Of a DNA stretch of 32,000 nt, positions 21,467 to 29,985 are shown piece after piece. Origin of the DNA: Cupriavidus necator. GTDB lineage: Bacteria; Pseudomonadota; Gammaproteobacteria; Burkholderiales; Burkholderiaceae. Under the pieces are notes generated by a model that had not been told where the DNA came from, made no database searches, and worked only from the letters and a program-made list of their open reading frames with translations. The position numbers and the translations under genes were made by a program. The DNA is taken from the NCBI RefSeq assembly GCF_016127575.1, contig NZ_CP066018.1:1050001-1082000 (forward strand), written 5' to 3'. Positions within the stretch are counted from its first letter, which is position 1. The number at the start of each line of letters is the position of its first letter.

Positions 21467-22443
21467 AGCACGCCCACCCCACCCGCCCGCAACTGCCGGC
21501 AGCGGCGCTTGCCACGCTGGCGGCGGTGCTGCTGCTCGCCGCTTGCAGCCGTGAACGCGCCGACACCTGGCAAGGCTATGTCGAAGGCGAATTCGTCAGC
21601 GTGGCCTCGCCGTTCGCCGGGCGCCTCGACACGCTGTCGGTGCAGCGCGGCCAGCAGGTCGGCCAGGGCGCCGCGCTGTTTGCACTCGAATCCGACGACG
21701 AGCGCGCCGCGCGCCAGCAGGCCGAAGACCAGCTGCGCGCAGCCGAGGCACAGCTGCAAGACATGAAGACCGGCAAGCGCCCGGTCGAAGTCGAGGTCAG
21801 CCGCGCCCAGCTGGCGCAGGCACAGGCCCAGGCGCAGCGCAGTGCCGCGGCCTTGCGGCGCGACCAGCGCCAGTATGAGATCGGCGGCATCGCGCAGGCG
21901 CAGCTGGACGAATCGCGCGCACAGGCCGGCAGCGACGCCGCCCGCGTGCGCGAACTGCAGCGCGATATCGACGTGGCCCGGCTGCCGGGCCGCGATGCGC
22001 AGCAAGCCGCGCAGGCCGCGCAGGTGGCGGCCGCGCGCGCGGCGCTGGCGCAGGCCGAGTGGAAGCTGTCGCGCAAGACCGTGGCCACGACCCAGGCGGG
22101 GCTGGTCTACGACACGCCCTACCGCCTCGGCGAGTGGGTGCCGGCGGGCAGCCCCGTGGTGCGCATGCTGCCGCCGGGCAACGTCAAGGTGCGCTTCTAT
22201 GTGCCGGAGACGGTGGTGGGCGCGCTGCGCAACGGCCAGGCGGTGCAGGTGCGCTGCGACGGCTGCGCCGCGCCGGTGGCCGCCACCATCAGCTACGTCG
22301 CCAACGAGGCCGAATACACGCCGCCGGTGATCTACAGCAACGAGACGCGGCGCAAGCTGGTGTTCCTGGTCGAAGCGCGCCCGGCGGCGGCCGATGCGCC
22401 CAAGCTGCGGCCGGGCCAGCCCGTCGAGGTGGTGCGGCAATGA
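21463..22443 (+). CDS. HlyD-family membrane fusion (periplasmic adaptor) protein, lipoprotein-type, YbhG-like
   Basis: The internal ATG of track ORF 20755 gives MKHAHPTRPQLPAAALATLAAVLLLAAC/S (lipobox). There is a biotinyl-lipoyl-like segment GYVEGEFVSVASPFAGRLDTLSVQRGQQV, a long Ala/Gln coiled coil, and the C-terminal beta-barrel segment ATISYVANEAEYTPPVIYS. Confidence 0.85.
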   Translation: MKHAHPTRPQLPAAALATLAAVLLLAACSRERADTWQGYVEGEFVSVASPFAGRLDTLSVQRGQQVGQGAALFALESDDERAARQQAEDQLRAAEAQLQDMKTGKRPVEVEVSRAQLAQAQAQAQRSAAALRRDQRQYEIGGIAQAQLDESRAQAGSDAARVRELQRDIDVARLPGRDAQQAAQAAQVAAARAALAQAEWKLSRKTVATTQAGLVYDTPYRLGEWVPAGSPVVRMLPPGNVKVRFYVPETVVGALRNGQAVQVRCDGCAAPVAATISYVANEAEYTPPVIYSNETRRKLVFLVEARPAAADAPKLRPGQPVEVVRQ

Positions 22444-23408
22444 ACACCAGAGCGAACGGCGGCGCGGCCGCACTCGCCATCGACGTGCGCGGCCTGAACA
22501 AGCACTTCGGCGACAAGCACGTGGTCAACGACCTCAGCATGCAGGTCGCGCGCGGCGAGATCTTCGGCTTCCTCGGCCCCAACGGCAGCGGCAAGACCAC
22601 CTCGATCCGCATGATGTGCGGGCTGCTGACGCCCGATTCCGGCGAGGGCACCTGCCTGGGCTACGACATCCGCAGCGAGTCCGACGAGATCAAGCGCCGC
22701 GTCGGCTACATGACGCAGAAGTTCTCTTACTGGGACGACCTGTCGATCCGCGAGAACCTGGACTTCGTCGCGCGCGTCTACGGCATGCCGAACCGGCGCG
22801 AGGCGGTCGACCGCGCGCTGGAAGACCTGGGCCTGGCCACGCGCTCGGCGCAGCTGGCCGGCGCGCTGTCTGGCGGCTGGAAGCAGCGGCTGGCGCTGGC
22901 GGCGTGCCTGCTGCACGAGCCCGAGCTGCTGCTGCTCGACGAACCCACCGCGGGCGTGGACCCCAAGGCCCGGCGCGACTTCTGGGAGCAGCTGCACCAG
23001 CTGGCCGCGCGCGGCATCTCGGTGCTGGTCAGCACGCACTACATGGACGAGGCCGAGCGCTGTCACAAGCTGGCCTATATCGCCTACGGCAAGCTGCTGG
23101 CGCAGGGCACCGCCGATGAAGTGGTGGCCAGCCAGAAGCTGTCGACCTGGAGCGTGGAAGGCGACGACCTCGCCGCGCTGTCCGAGCAGCTGCAGGGTGC
23201 GCCGGGCGTGGAGCAGACCGTGGCCTTCGGCACCGCGCTGCATGTGACCGGGCGCGATGCGCAGGCGCTGGCCGATACGCTTGCGCGGCTGGCCGGACCG
23301 GGCCGGCGCGTCGAGCAAACCCAGACCAGCCTGGAAGACGTGTTCATCCACATGATGAGCGGGGCCGAAGACAATATGGCAGCCCGCAAGGCCAGGGAGG
23401 CGTCATGA
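22440..23408 (+). CDS. ABC transporter ATP-binding protein with a single NBD plus a C-terminal accessory domain
   Basis: Walker A is GPNGSGKT, the signature is LSGGWKQRL, Walker B is LLLLDEPTAGVD and the H-loop is STHYM. There are ATGA overlaps with both the upstream MFP gene (22440-43) and the downstream permease gene (23405-08). Confidence 0.92.
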   Translation: MNTRANGGAAALAIDVRGLNKHFGDKHVVNDLSMQVARGEIFGFLGPNGSGKTTSIRMMCGLLTPDSGEGTCLGYDIRSESDEIKRRVGYMTQKFSYWDDLSIRENLDFVARVYGMPNRREAVDRALEDLGLATRSAQLAGALSGGWKQRLALAACLLHEPELLLLDEPTAGVDPKARRDFWEQLHQLAARGISVLVSTHYMDEAERCHKLAYIAYGKLLAQGTADEVVASQKLSTWSVEGDDLAALSEQLQGAPGVEQTVAFGTALHVTGRDAQALADTLARLAGPGRRVEQTQTSLEDVFIHMMSGAEDNMAARKAREAS

Positions 23409-24568
23409 CAGCCGCCGCCCGCAACCCGGCCGCGCAACAGCGCTTCTCGTTGCAACGCTGGTGGAGCATCGTGCTCAAGGAATTCCTGCAGCTGCGGCGC
23501 GACCGCGTCACCTTCGGCATGATCATCGGGCTGCCGATCATGCAGCTGCTGCTGTTCGGCTTTGCCATCAACACCGATCCGCGCCACCTGCCGACCGCGG
23601 TGATTGCCGCCGACCAGAGCGAATTCACGCGTTCCTTCATCGCCAGCATGGAGCAATCGACGTATTTCAAGCTGGTCGGCACGCTGCCGGACGAACAGGC
23701 CGGGCGCGAGGCGCTGATGAAGGGCGAGGTGCAGTTCGTGCTGACCATCCCGCCCGACTTCACGCGCCGTCTGCTGCGCGGCGAACGGCCCGCGCTGCTG
23801 GTCGAGGCCGATGCCACCGATCCCTCCGCCACCGGCCAGGCCATCGCCGCGCTACCGCAGCTGCCCTACCGCGTGGCCACGCATGACCTGAAGGGATCGC
23901 TGGCGCCGCTGGCCGGCGGCAAGCCGCCCTTCGACGTGCAGGTGCAGCGGCTCTACAACCCGGAAGGCATCACGCAATACAACATCATTCCCGGCCTGAT
24001 GGGCGTGATCCTGACGATGACCATGGTGATGATGACCGGCCTGGCCATGACGCGCGAACGCGAGCGCGGCACCATGGAGAACCTGCTGGCCACGCCGGTG
24101 CGGCCGCTCGAGGTGATGACCGGCAAGATCGTGCCCTATATCTTCATCGGCCTGATCCAGGCGACCATCGTGCTGCTGGCCGCGCGCTGGATCTTCAGCG
24201 TGCCGTTCGTCGGCTCGGTGCTGGCGGTGTACCTGGCGGCGCTGCTGTTTATCGCGGCCAACCTGACGGTGGGCATCACGCTGTCGTCGCTGGCGCAGAA
24301 CCAGCTGCAGGCGATGCAGCTGACGTTCTTCTACTTCCTGCCCAACATCCTGCTGTCCGGCTTCATGTTCCCGTTCGCCGGCATGCCGGGCTGGGCGCAG
24401 GCCATCGGCAACATCCTGCCGATGACCTATTTCCACCGCATGGTGCGCGGCATCCTGCTCAAGGGCAACGGCTGGGTCGAGCTATGGCCCAATGTGTGGC
24501 CGATGGCGCTGTTCATCGTGGTGGTGATGGCAATTTCGGTGCGCTTCTACCGCCGCACGCTGGACTGA
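23405..24568 (+). CDS. ABC-2-type permease (YbhR/YbhS/YhhJ-like) with a large periplasmic loop after TM1
   Basis: RWWSIVLKEFLQLRRDRVTFGMIIGLPIMQLLLFGFAI is followed by a roughly 150-aa soluble loop and then five hydrophobic helices, which is the typical ABC-2 layout. Confidence 0.85.
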   Translation: MTAAARNPAAQQRFSLQRWWSIVLKEFLQLRRDRVTFGMIIGLPIMQLLLFGFAINTDPRHLPTAVIAADQSEFTRSFIASMEQSTYFKLVGTLPDEQAGREALMKGEVQFVLTIPPDFTRRLLRGERPALLVEADATDPSATGQAIAALPQLPYRVATHDLKGSLAPLAGGKPPFDVQVQRLYNPEGITQYNIIPGLMGVILTMTMVMMTGLAMTRERERGTMENLLATPVRPLEVMTGKIVPYIFIGLIQATIVLLAARWIFSVPFVGSVLAVYLAALLFIAANLTVGITLSSLAQNQLQAMQLTFFYFLPNILLSGFMFPFAGMPGWAQAIGNILPMTYFHRMVRGILLKGNGWVELWPNVWPMALFIVVVMAISVRFYRRTLD

Positions 24569-24579
24569 AGGGGTTGGCC

Positions 24580-26070
24580 ATGCAACGACTCACGCCTCTG
24601 TTTGCCGCCGCGGCACTGTTGTGCGGCTGCGCCGTCGGCCCCGACTTCCGCGCGCCCGCGCCGCCCGATGACGCCGGCTACGTGCCGGGACCGCAGCCGG
24701 TGGCAACCGTCGCGGCCGACAGCGCCGACGCCGCCGGGCAATCCCACGCGCAAACCCTGGCCGCCGGCGCTGACGTGCCCGCGCAGTGGTGGACGCTGTT
24801 CCGCAGCCCGGCGCTGGACGCCACCATCCGCAGCGCGCTGGATACCAGCCCGACGCTGGCGCAGGCGCGCGCCCGGCTGCGCGAGGCGCAGGAGAACCTG
24901 GCCGCGCGCACCGGCGCGACGCGCTGGCCCGCCGTCGACGCAAAACTGAACACCACGCGCCAGCAGGTCGACTTCCAGTCCCTGGGCATCACCGCGATCC
25001 CCAGCCCGGGCCCGTTCACGCTTTACGGCGCCACGGTGCAGGTGTCGTACGTGCTCGACCTGTTCGGCGGCCAGCGGCGCGAACTGGAAGGACTGCAGGC
25101 AGCGGTGGACTACCAGCGCTATGAACTGGAAGCCGCGCGCCTGGCGCTGGCCGCCAACGTGGCCACCGCGGCCATCCGCGAAGCCGGCCTGCGCGCGCAA
25201 CTGGCCGATACCGCCGCCGTGGCGGCGGCCCAGCAGCGCCAGCTTGGCATCACAGAGGAACGCCTGCGCTCGGGCGGCGTCGCGCGCGTCGACGTGCAGC
25301 GCCAGCGCGCGGAGCTTGCGCAAGCCCAGGCCCTGGTGCCGGCCCTGCAGCGCCAGCTCGATGCCACGCGGCACCAGCTCGCGGTGTACACGGGCCAGAC
25401 CCCGGCCTCGGCCACGCTGCCCGAATTCCGCCTCGACGACCTGCACCTGCCCGACACGCTGCCGGTCAGCCTGCCGGCCACGCTGGCACGCCGCCGTCCC
25501 GACATCCGCGCGGCCGAGGCCCTGCTGCACCAGGCCTCGGCCAATATCGGCGTGGCCACCGCCAACCTCTATCCGCAGATCACGCTGAGCGCCAGCGGCG
25601 GCACGCAGGCCACCGCGGCGCGCGACCTGTTCAGCAGCCTGAACGTATGGAGCCTGGCCGCGGGGCTGGTGCAGCCTGTATTCCGCGGCGGCGAGCTGCA
25701 GGCACGCAAACGCGCGGCGGAGGCGGCTTATGAGCAGTCGCTGGCCGCGTATCGCCAAGCCGTGCTGCAGGGCCTGCAGAACGTGGCCGATTCGCTGCGC
25801 GCACTCGAAACCGATGCCGCCGCGCTGCGCGAACGCGCCGACAGCGCGCGGCAGGCGCGCGATACGCTGGCGGTGGTGTCGGAGCAGTACCAGCTCGGCG
25901 GCGTCAGCCAGCTGACGGTGCTGGATGCCGAACGGCAGTCGCGCCAGGCGTCGCTGGAACTGGCGCAGGCGCGCGCCGACCGGCTGGCGGATTCGGCCGC
26001 GCTGCTGCAGGCGTTGGGGGGTGGGTGGTGGGAGGAGGAAGGCGGCGCTGTGGCGGCAGCACCGCGGTGA
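24580..26070 (+). CDS. NodT-family outer-membrane efflux lipoprotein (OMF)
   Basis: The ATG at 24580 lies after AAGGGG. The sequence is MQRLTPLFAAAALLCGC/AVGPDF (lipobox plus the classic NodT GPDY/F start), with two OEP repeats and the C-terminal LLQALGGGW. Confidence 0.9.
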   Translation: MQRLTPLFAAAALLCGCAVGPDFRAPAPPDDAGYVPGPQPVATVAADSADAAGQSHAQTLAAGADVPAQWWTLFRSPALDATIRSALDTSPTLAQARARLREAQENLAARTGATRWPAVDAKLNTTRQQVDFQSLGITAIPSPGPFTLYGATVQVSYVLDLFGGQRRELEGLQAAVDYQRYELEAARLALAANVATAAIREAGLRAQLADTAAVAAAQQRQLGITEERLRSGGVARVDVQRQRAELAQAQALVPALQRQLDATRHQLAVYTGQTPASATLPEFRLDDLHLPDTLPVSLPATLARRRPDIRAAEALLHQASANIGVATANLYPQITLSASGGTQATAARDLFSSLNVWSLAAGLVQPVFRGGELQARKRAAEAAYEQSLAAYRQAVLQGLQNVADSLRALETDAAALRERADSARQARDTLAVVSEQYQLGGVSQLTVLDAERQSRQASLELAQARADRLADSAALLQALGGGWWEEEGGAVAAAPR

Positions 26071-26080
26071 TGGCGGCTGG

Positions 26081-29000
26081 CTAGGTCTTGTCGCTCTGCG
26101 TGTGCCAGTAGGTGCGCTTGCGCTTGCCGGTGCTGGCGGGCTTCACCTCCTGGCCGCCCAGCGATGACTTGTCGTCGCCGCCCGAGGCACCAGCCTTGCC
26201 GCCCCCGATCAGCACCGGGACCAGCCGGGTCGATCCGTCGGTCTGCGTGACCGACACCATGCCGAACACGGGCGACGGCGGCAGCCCGCCGTTGTCGAAC
26301 CTGACAAACCGCGGCCCGTTGTTCATGCCAAGCCCGCTCAGGAATGACACCGCGTAGCCCCGCGCAACGCCCAGGTCGGGGTAGCAGGCTCCGGGCTCGA
26401 CCTTGGAAGGCGTGTTGGTGCCGAAGTACGTGTAGCCCGCCACGGTCAGCGGCGCATTGACCGCCTTCTCGCCGAATTCCAGCGACAAGTAGAAGCCGCT
26501 AGCCACCGCCGAATCGCGGTAGGCCACGTTGGTCGCATCGACAAGATCGGCCGCCTTGACCGCCGTCCAGGTCGAAGGCAGCCTCCCATCGACGTTCGGG
26601 TCTTTGACCATGAAGAAGCGGTTCTGCACGTTCTGCGCCGCGCCAGGGGTCTGGCTCAGCGAGTACAGCGGCTTTTCGCGGTCGCCCGAGGCGATCATCA
26701 CCGCGTCGTACTTGCCGGTCGCGACGACATCGGGCGGATAGAGAAACTTGCGCGCCTCGTTGGTGTCCACTGCGCCGCCCAATTGCGCGAGCTTGCCGAC
26801 CGTCCACGTCGACGGAGTATCCGTATCCGTCGATCCGAAGTCGATACGCCAGACATTGCCGCCGACGTCGCCGACATAAGCCTTTTCGGCATAGCCATCA
26901 CCATTGCGGTCCACCACGGCAACGTCGGAAGGAATCGCGCGGCTGTTGATGGTGACGCAGGTGCCCGTGCTGATGCCAGCGCAATTGGCCAGGGCTGCCC
27001 AGACCACGTCGCCCGTCCCGGCGTCGAGCACGATCACGCCGCGGCCTTGCTTGTTCGTCGCCGTGGCGATGCCATTGAGCGCTGGGTCGGTATCCTCGCC
27101 ATCGGGGTCGTAGCCCGCACCCATGATCAGCACAGGCGTCGGGTAGCCGCGCACGCGCATCACCCGCGGCTGCGACCAGGTCTGCCCCAGTTCAGGGATG
27201 TCGGCGTTGGTCTTGCTCCAAAGGTACTCCGGCTTTGCCGGATCCTTGACGTCCAATGCATAAATCAGGCGACCGCCGCGCCGTGCTGTCAGGTAGATCT
27301 TTACCTGGGGCGTGGCCGGGGTGCTCAGGTCCTGGTAGACCGTCGTGGTGCCGTCGAAGAAATAGTCGCGTGGAACAAACTGGACCTCGGCGGTGTCCTG
27401 GGGGCTGCCCGTCAGCCGCACCTCGGGAGCGTTGCTATAGATCCGCGCCAGCTTGCCGTAGAACTCGGGAGCGATGAAGCCCCACAGTTCACCGCCCGCG
27501 CGCACCGTGCCCGCGGTGGTGGAAATGGCTGCAGTGCGGTTACCGTTGACGGCATGGAACACACCGTCATTGGCACCGTAGAAAACCACTACGCCAGTGG
27601 TGCCGCCGTAGTCGACCACCACCGGGCGCGAATGCAGCACGTCGCCGTGGATCGAGCCGCGCACCGTGACGTTGCCGCCGGGGCCGGGCTCCGCCTCTTT
27701 CTTGGGGTCGGTGCCGGTCAGCGTGGCGAAGACGTCCTTGCCGCGCACCCAGCTGATCATATTGGCCACATCCGCGGCAGTGGTCTTCAGCAGCGACGGA
27801 CCGTTGCCCTCGGTGAGGGCCTTGTTGGCGGTATCGAAATTCGCCAGCGCGGTCCCCTTGCTGCATTTCGCGTCGGCGCAGGTCAGCAGCCGGCGCCCGG
27901 CCTGACTGGTCAGGTAGTCTGCGCGCAGCATTTCTCCTGCGCCGCCCTTCTCGACGACCTCGCCGTCGGGTGAATCCTTGGCATTGCGCAGCAGCGACGA
28001 GGCATTCTTCCAGAACCCGTCCGAGGGCCAGTCCGTCACGATACTGGAGCTGCCCACCGCCTTCGGCGGATCCTCGGTCCAGTAGCTGCGGGCATTGGGC
28101 GATATAAACCCGGTCCCCGCGTTGCTAACCGCATTCTTCGGGGGCTGGTCGATCGCGCCTTGCACCCCGGCGTCGAGCATCACCAGATTGCCGTTGCTGT
28201 CATAGCCCAGCTTGTACTGTTTGAGGTTGCCCACCCAGCGCGGACGGGCCTTACCGTCCGGGCGGAACATGCCGATATAGACCTGGTTCAGGTACGAACC
28301 CTGCCCGTTCACGCTGACCGGCAGGCTGACCGAGGCAAATACGTTGTTGACCGCCTGCATCTCGTTGAAAATGTCCTTCAGCGCCTTCGAAAGCGCGTCG
28401 TCATCTCCGGCCCGGACTGTAAAGTTGCCGCCCCCGCCCTTCTGGGCCATGCTGGTGACGAACTGCAGGTAGTCCTGGCTTTGCTGGCTGCCGTCAGTGA
28501 CGCCGATGGTGTAGGTAATGATGTTCTGGCGCGTCGCCGTGGTCGAGCCCGCGTTGTTGGCGGCGTTCAGGTCCAGGTCGTTCAGGAAGCGCGCCCACTC
28601 ATCGCCCCAGTTGTCGATGTTGTTGCCCTTGGGCAGCGGGATCGGAGTGAGCTGCGCGGTGGTGGCGCCCGCCTCCTTGAGCTTGTTGTAGGCATCCTGG
28701 CCGGAGTCCTGCGGCTTGCCGTTGTTGAGCGCGTTGGCAATGTAGATGATGAAGTTCTTCTGGCACGGGTTGGTGATCGGCGACTTGTATGTGGTGCCGG
28801 ACAATCCCGTCTTGCCGGAGAAGAAGGCCCATGCCTCCTGCATGGCGCCGCCGACCTGCGAGTTGTTGGCACTGTCCTTGGTACGGTCGATGGTCTTGAT
28901 GTAGTCGAGCATGTCCTGTCCGCCCGCACCTTTCTCCATCAGCACCAGCCCGGACGGCGCGGTGGGCGGCGTCACCTTCGGGAAGCGGAACTGGCCACCC

Positions 29001-29353
29001 GTATTGGTGCCCTGCCCGAACATCATCACGCCAAGGTTGATCTTGCCGTTCGTCTTGTCATCATTGATCAGGTCCGACACCGCCTTGTATAGTGCGCACT
29101 GCTCTGCGCCGACGTTGCTGTTATCGTTGTTGGCGCTCACCACGTTCTGCATTTCGCAATCGACCTGGGCATTGGCATTCCACGCCGATGCGTTGTCGAG
29201 TATCAGCAGCACGTTGGGACGCGACCCGGAGTTGGCCTGCAGGCCGGTGAACAGGTCGATGTCTTCGGCTATCGCCGCGGGCGCGGCAGCCAGCCCGAGC
29301 AGGGCTGTGGCACAGGCAGCGGAAGCGCGAAGCCGGCGAGCGGGCATGGACAT
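26081..29353 (-). CDS. pilY1: Type IV pilus tip-associated adhesin/biogenesis factor PilY1 (1090 aa): N-terminal vWA-like domain plus C-terminal PilC/PilY1 beta-propeller
   Basis: The start at ATG 29353 has AAGGAAG 8 nt upstream. The signal peptide is ...LLGLAAAPAAIA/EDIDLF. The vWA-like core is NVLLILDNASAWN...FIIYIANAL. Propeller segments are GGELWGFIAPEF, RLIYALDVKDP, LGQTWSQPRV and VIVLDAGTGDVVWA. The Ca-loop is VDRNGDGYAEKAYVGDVGGNVWRIDF (nt 26885-26911 = DRNGDGYAE). Confidence 0.9.
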   Translation of the reverse strand: MSMPARRLRASAACATALLGLAAAPAAIAEDIDLFTGLQANSGSRPNVLLILDNASAWNANAQVDCEMQNVVSANNDNSNVGAEQCALYKAVSDLINDDKTNGKINLGVMMFGQGTNTGGQFRFPKVTPPTAPSGLVLMEKGAGGQDMLDYIKTIDRTKDSANNSQVGGAMQEAWAFFSGKTGLSGTTYKSPITNPCQKNFIIYIANALNNGKPQDSGQDAYNKLKEAGATTAQLTPIPLPKGNNIDNWGDEWARFLNDLDLNAANNAGSTTATRQNIITYTIGVTDGSQQSQDYLQFVTSMAQKGGGGNFTVRAGDDDALSKALKDIFNEMQAVNNVFASVSLPVSVNGQGSYLNQVYIGMFRPDGKARPRWVGNLKQYKLGYDSNGNLVMLDAGVQGAIDQPPKNAVSNAGTGFISPNARSYWTEDPPKAVGSSSIVTDWPSDGFWKNASSLLRNAKDSPDGEVVEKGGAGEMLRADYLTSQAGRRLLTCADAKCSKGTALANFDTANKALTEGNGPSLLKTTAADVANMISWVRGKDVFATLTGTDPKKEAEPGPGGNVTVRGSIHGDVLHSRPVVVDYGGTTGVVVFYGANDGVFHAVNGNRTAAISTTAGTVRAGGELWGFIAPEFYGKLARIYSNAPEVRLTGSPQDTAEVQFVPRDYFFDGTTTVYQDLSTPATPQVKIYLTARRGGRLIYALDVKDPAKPEYLWSKTNADIPELGQTWSQPRVMRVRGYPTPVLIMGAGYDPDGEDTDPALNGIATATNKQGRGVIVLDAGTGDVVWAALANCAGISTGTCVTINSRAIPSDVAVVDRNGDGYAEKAYVGDVGGNVWRIDFGSTDTDTPSTWTVGKLAQLGGAVDTNEARKFLYPPDVVATGKYDAVMIASGDREKPLYSLSQTPGAAQNVQNRFFMVKDPNVDGRLPSTWTAVKAADLVDATNVAYRDSAVASGFYLSLEFGEKAVNAPLTVAGYTYFGTNTPSKVEPGACYPDLGVARGYAVSFLSGLGMNNGPRFVRFDNGGLPPSPVFGMVSVTQTDGSTRLVPVLIGGGKAGASGGDDKSSLGGQEVKPASTGKRKRTYWHTQSDKT

Positions 29354-29393
29354 GCTGGTTCTTCCTTTCAAGATCCGGATCTGGCCCGAGACT

Positions 29394-29951
29394 TCAGGGG
29401 CAAGTGGAGCCATACAGCGTGCGCACCGCAACGCCCTGGTGCACCGTCGCGACGGCGCCGGTTGTATTGACGTCATTGACGGTGGCTGCTACATCCCACT
29501 GCGTATCGTTGCAAAGCGAACTGATCGCACTGACACCGCTTGCGCCCATGACCAGGTTGCCATTGCCGGTGCTGCTGCCCAGCGTGCATTCGGCATCCTC
29601 CGGGTGCTTTTCCGGATCGATCACCTTGGCCACTGGCTTGCTGGTCACGCAGGTCGGTGCCGCCACCTGCGCGATGTAATCCGCCTTGCCGTCACCCGTC
29701 ACGTCCACCGGCACATCCACCGCAACCGGCGCCTTGGTGAAGTCGTCGCTGATCACCTGCTCGATCGCCTGCTGCGCCACGTCGCGTGCTTCGGCGCTGT
29801 GCTGCTGGTTGCCCGCCACCTTGACGTTGACCAGCCCCGAATTGACCATGGCCACGGCGACCAGCAGGAACAGCACCATGAACACCAGCGTCACCACCAG
29901 CGTGACCCCGAATTGCCTGCGGCGCAGCGGCCTGCCCGTTGACTTCATCAT
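29394..29951 (-). CDS. pilX: PilX-like minor pilin / pilus assembly protein
   Basis: The internal ATG at 29951 gives MMKSTGRPLRRRQFGVTLVVTLVFMVLFLLVAVAMVNSG, a PilX_N-like hydrophobic N-terminus without Glu5. Its position between pilW and pilY1 supports the call. The globular part has four Cys. Confidence 0.65.
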   Translation of the reverse strand: MMKSTGRPLRRRQFGVTLVVTLVFMVLFLLVAVAMVNSGLVNVKVAGNQQHSAEARDVAQQAIEQVISDDFTKAPVAVDVPVDVTGDGKADYIAQVAAPTCVTSKPVAKVIDPEKHPEDAECTLGSSTGNGNLVMGASGVSAISSLCNDTQWDVAATVNDVNTTGAVATVHQGVAVRTLYGSTCP

Positions 29952-29985
29952 TGCTCGCTCTTCGCTGTGTTGAATCGGTATGGCG

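Noticed and set aside
20755-22443. 562-aa ORF that would span the TetR gene region and the MFP gene as one protein. The same pattern applies to 8231..9802, 22059..23408, 16494..18350, 24484..26070, 15697..16740, 13818..15899, 26081..29476, 29394..30095 and 31026..31889.
   Set aside because: The 5' parts are open-frame extensions running through the upstream gene or spacer. They are Arg/Pro-rich and overlap real genes. Internal starts with Shine-Dalgarno sequences, ATGA coupling or signal peptides give family-typical N-termini.
26071-26080. 10-nt gap between the convergent NodT gene and pilY1, searched for a junction hairpin like those at the other two convergent pairs
   Set aside because: Only a 4-bp complement (CCGC/GCGG) is present, which is not distinguishable from chance.
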